Source: Eledone cirrhosa
Lineage: Eukaryota
Assembly: GCA_964016885.1 (NCBI GenBank)
Contig: OZ024741.1
Coordinates: 38,998,001-39,062,000 of the forward strand
Direction: 5' to 3'
Length of the DNA stretch: 64,000 nucleotides
Made by a program: the position numbers and the translations under genes
The notes under the pieces: model-generated
Told to the model about the DNA's origin: nothing
Seen by the model: the letters and a program-made list of their open reading frames with translations, nothing else
Databases searched by the model: none
Shown here: one piece after another, positions 61,359 through 64,000 of the stretch
Layout of the letters: each line of letters opens with the position of its first letter
Position numbering within the stretch: position 1 is the first letter of the stretch

Positions 61359-62574
61359 TGAACTGGTTACTGCATGTAAACATAGATTGCGTAGGACTTA
61401 CCTCGCCCTCAAACCCCATAATGACCCGGGGGGGGGGGGGGGGTAGACTAGGGCTATAACACCCCACTTGCCGATTTTGCAATGGGTAACCCCTGCTTGC
61501 CAAGGAAGACGTAAGATCTTTGTATTCTTTTATCGCTTCCTTTATTTCCTTCCCCCCTCTCTCCTTTGTCCTTCTACCCCAGCTCCTGTCCTTCTCTACC
61601 CCAGCTCTTCTCCTTTGTCGGCGTCTTTTCTCGCCCACCCGAGGCTGCCCTTTGGCCCCATGTAGCTTTAGTACCCCCACCACCCCCTCCCCTAGTCTAT
61701 GATAGATTTGGCGGACTCCGCCCTTTATAGCAGTTGGCTTAGACCCCGGATACTTGCCCCCTCTTTCCGACTGCTCCCACTATTCTCTGTGCCCTCTATA
61801 TTTCTTAGTGGCACTTATGCCTTATTTTTTCGTTTCAGTATTTCTTGCTTCGCTTTTCTTCTGGGCGGGGTGGATTCTGAATTTATTTCTCCGTATTCTA
61901 CCTTTATTTCGTACGAACTTTCATGTAGCTTGTTTTAGATCTTTTAGAGTTAGCATTAGTATATATTTTTCTCGGGACTCAGAATTATTATCTCGTACAA
62001 GTTCACTTTGCTGCACTGGGTCGTTGCTGGCCCGGGATGGAAACCTTTATTGTTTATTTCGTGGTAGTCTCTTTAGTATTTTGGCCCCTTTTGTTGACCC
62101 GTCACCGTATCATTTACGTACTTATACCTCTTAAAAGGGTCTTTGCCTATTTCGTCCCACCTAGTTCTTTTACTTATTTCGTTATTTCTTTATTTATTTA
62201 TTTCTTTACTTCTTTCTTTCTTTATTTATTTTATTCTAGCCTAACAATAGCCTGACACCTAGGTCGTAGAATTTAATTTACTTTACTTTTTTCTTTACAC
62301 TTATTTGCTTTTCTTCACTCTCAGTATTTTTTCCTTCCTATATTTCTACCCCCCATTGTTCTACCTACCGTTCCGACTTCCTCCCCCTCCCCCCCCCCTC
62401 CCCTGTATCTTCTTTGACCTCATGCCCAGCTGTAGCTGGCACTACCAACGCTTGATTGGGTCTACTCCACCCCCTCCCCTTTTTCTCCTACTGGCAGGTT
62501 TAGCCACCATCTCCCCTACTAATTTGCAACCACAGAATTACTACTGATTTTTGACAATCACTTTGACCATATAT

Positions 62575-62684
62575 GGAATTACCCCTTGAGAAGATCGGCT
62601 ATTTAAATACCAGGATAAATTTTCATTTAGTCCAGAATTAGCCGTCGAAACGGCTTGAGCTCAGCTGTCGGGGTCTTACTGGTT

Positions 62685-62686
<2 letters not shown>
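62575..62686 (+). ncRNA. Type I hammerhead with U3:A8 core (family A)
   Basis: ACCCC-TTGAGAA-GA(T)CGGCTA...TAGCCGTC-GAAA-CGGCT..AGCTG-TC-GGGGT, with a distal GGAA/TTCC extension. The sense-strand copy is at 58723-58834 (-). Confidence 0.78.
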
Positions 62687-62763
<77 letters not shown>

Positions 62764-63112
62764 GGAAGCAGAAAATTGCTTATTGTGATCCAGTTCGTGG
62801 TTAAGAAAGGCAGTTTCATGGACGGTTTCAACGTACGGTTAGGGGTAACTCCACAAGTTTATAAGAATTCCGTTCAATCTTGGAGTATAAAGTATAAAAG
62901 AGAAAACACAGGTAAGCATTAAGAGAAGTATTTTATCCAGGTATTTACGACCGTTTCATTGGTAAATGCAACCTTATATTGCTATACTGCAAATAGCAGC
63001 CACTCAATTATAATTGTTGTTCATGTCCAAATTTTCAAAATAGTGAGTAAGTTACTCTTGAAATAGTTCTTAATATATAGAGAAAAACATTTTTTGGGAA
63101 ATGTATTTACTA

Positions 63113-64000
63113 GTATAGAGAGAGAGGAACAGGAATTAGAAAGTGAGGGGACAAACGGAATAGTATAGAGAGAGAGGGAGGGGGAGAAGAGTTAGGAAGT
63201 AGAGTGACAAACTGAGATGGATGGGAGGGGTAGAGGTGGAAGGATTCCTTGATCAGTTTTGATACGTAGACTTCATGTCGTCGATTGTAGTGAGTTAAAT
63301 ACACCCTGAAGTGGAAAAAATTATCGAACGCGTCCCAATATCGGAGTGACATGAGAAACTGTCGATTATGTGAGCTGTTCCACATTTTGAGTGCGAAGAA
63401 TAAGTTACTCAACAATAAAATCGAAAGATCAATTTATTGTAACCATAGACTCAAAGAAAAGTTTTCGCACTACAAGTGCAAATCGAACCCTTAATCTCTT
63501 ACTACCAACTGACAAACTGCATATACTTAGACTTTATACCCTCTTATTATATCTAACCCCTTTAATTACCCACAAAAACCAATACCTATATCCCTCCCTT
63601 CTCCTTCATTCCTCTTCTATTTCTTTTTGTTTTCTTCCTTTCTTCCCTCCCCTTTTTGGCTATCTTTTCTTTTCTTCTTTCTCCCCTTTCTTTATTTTTA
63701 TCATTATTATTTTTATCTTTATTATTTTTTATATATATATTTATCTCTTTATATCTCCCCCCCCTCTCTCTCTCTCTCTCTCCATCCCTCCCACTATGAT
63801 CAATTTAATTCTATTTAACTCACTACAATCGACGACATGAAGTCTACGTATCAAAACTGATCAAGGAATCATTCCACCTCTACCCCTTCCTCCATCTCAG
63901 TTTGTTACTCTACTTCCTAACTCTTCTTCCCCTTCCTCTCTCTCTATACTATTCCGTTTTCGCCCTCACTTTCTAATTCCTGTTCCTCTCTCTCTATACT
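63113..64000. repeat. Inverted arms of another fold-back element, running off the window
   Basis: 63113-63297 is inverted to 63815-64000. Confidence 0.75.

Noticed and set aside
61359-61683. N-terminal part of the 550-aa ORF
   Set aside because: It is antisense read-through of the inverted arm, not PLE coding sequence.

Overview
AT-rich, microsatellite-saturated eukaryotic DNA with no recognisable host protein-coding exon. The tRNA-derived SINEs resemble octopus/cephalopod families, so an octopod genome is inferred. Nearly all non-microsatellite sequence is transposon-derived: (i) Penelope-like retroelements (PLEs; RT plus C-terminal GIY-YIG), including a 4-kb copy with 1.3-kb inverted arms (58643-62689) and many short fold-back remnants sitting in (TA)n tracts; (ii) a nearly intact R4/Dong-type LINE in (TAA)n; (iii) stacked Tx1-like LINE ends with (TATC)n tails; (iv) mariner and hAT remnants; (v) SINEs. 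The main signal is about 15 distinct type I hammerhead ribozyme (HHR) folds found by eye in the PLE termini. They include canonical, minimal palindromic-stem-III and giant-stem-II forms, and non-canonical cores (a compensatory U3:A8 swap in two unrelated families, A4/C4 variants, U-U at 10.1/11.1). Folds were read manually and no activity is demonstrated. Most ORF-track entries are microsatellite translations.
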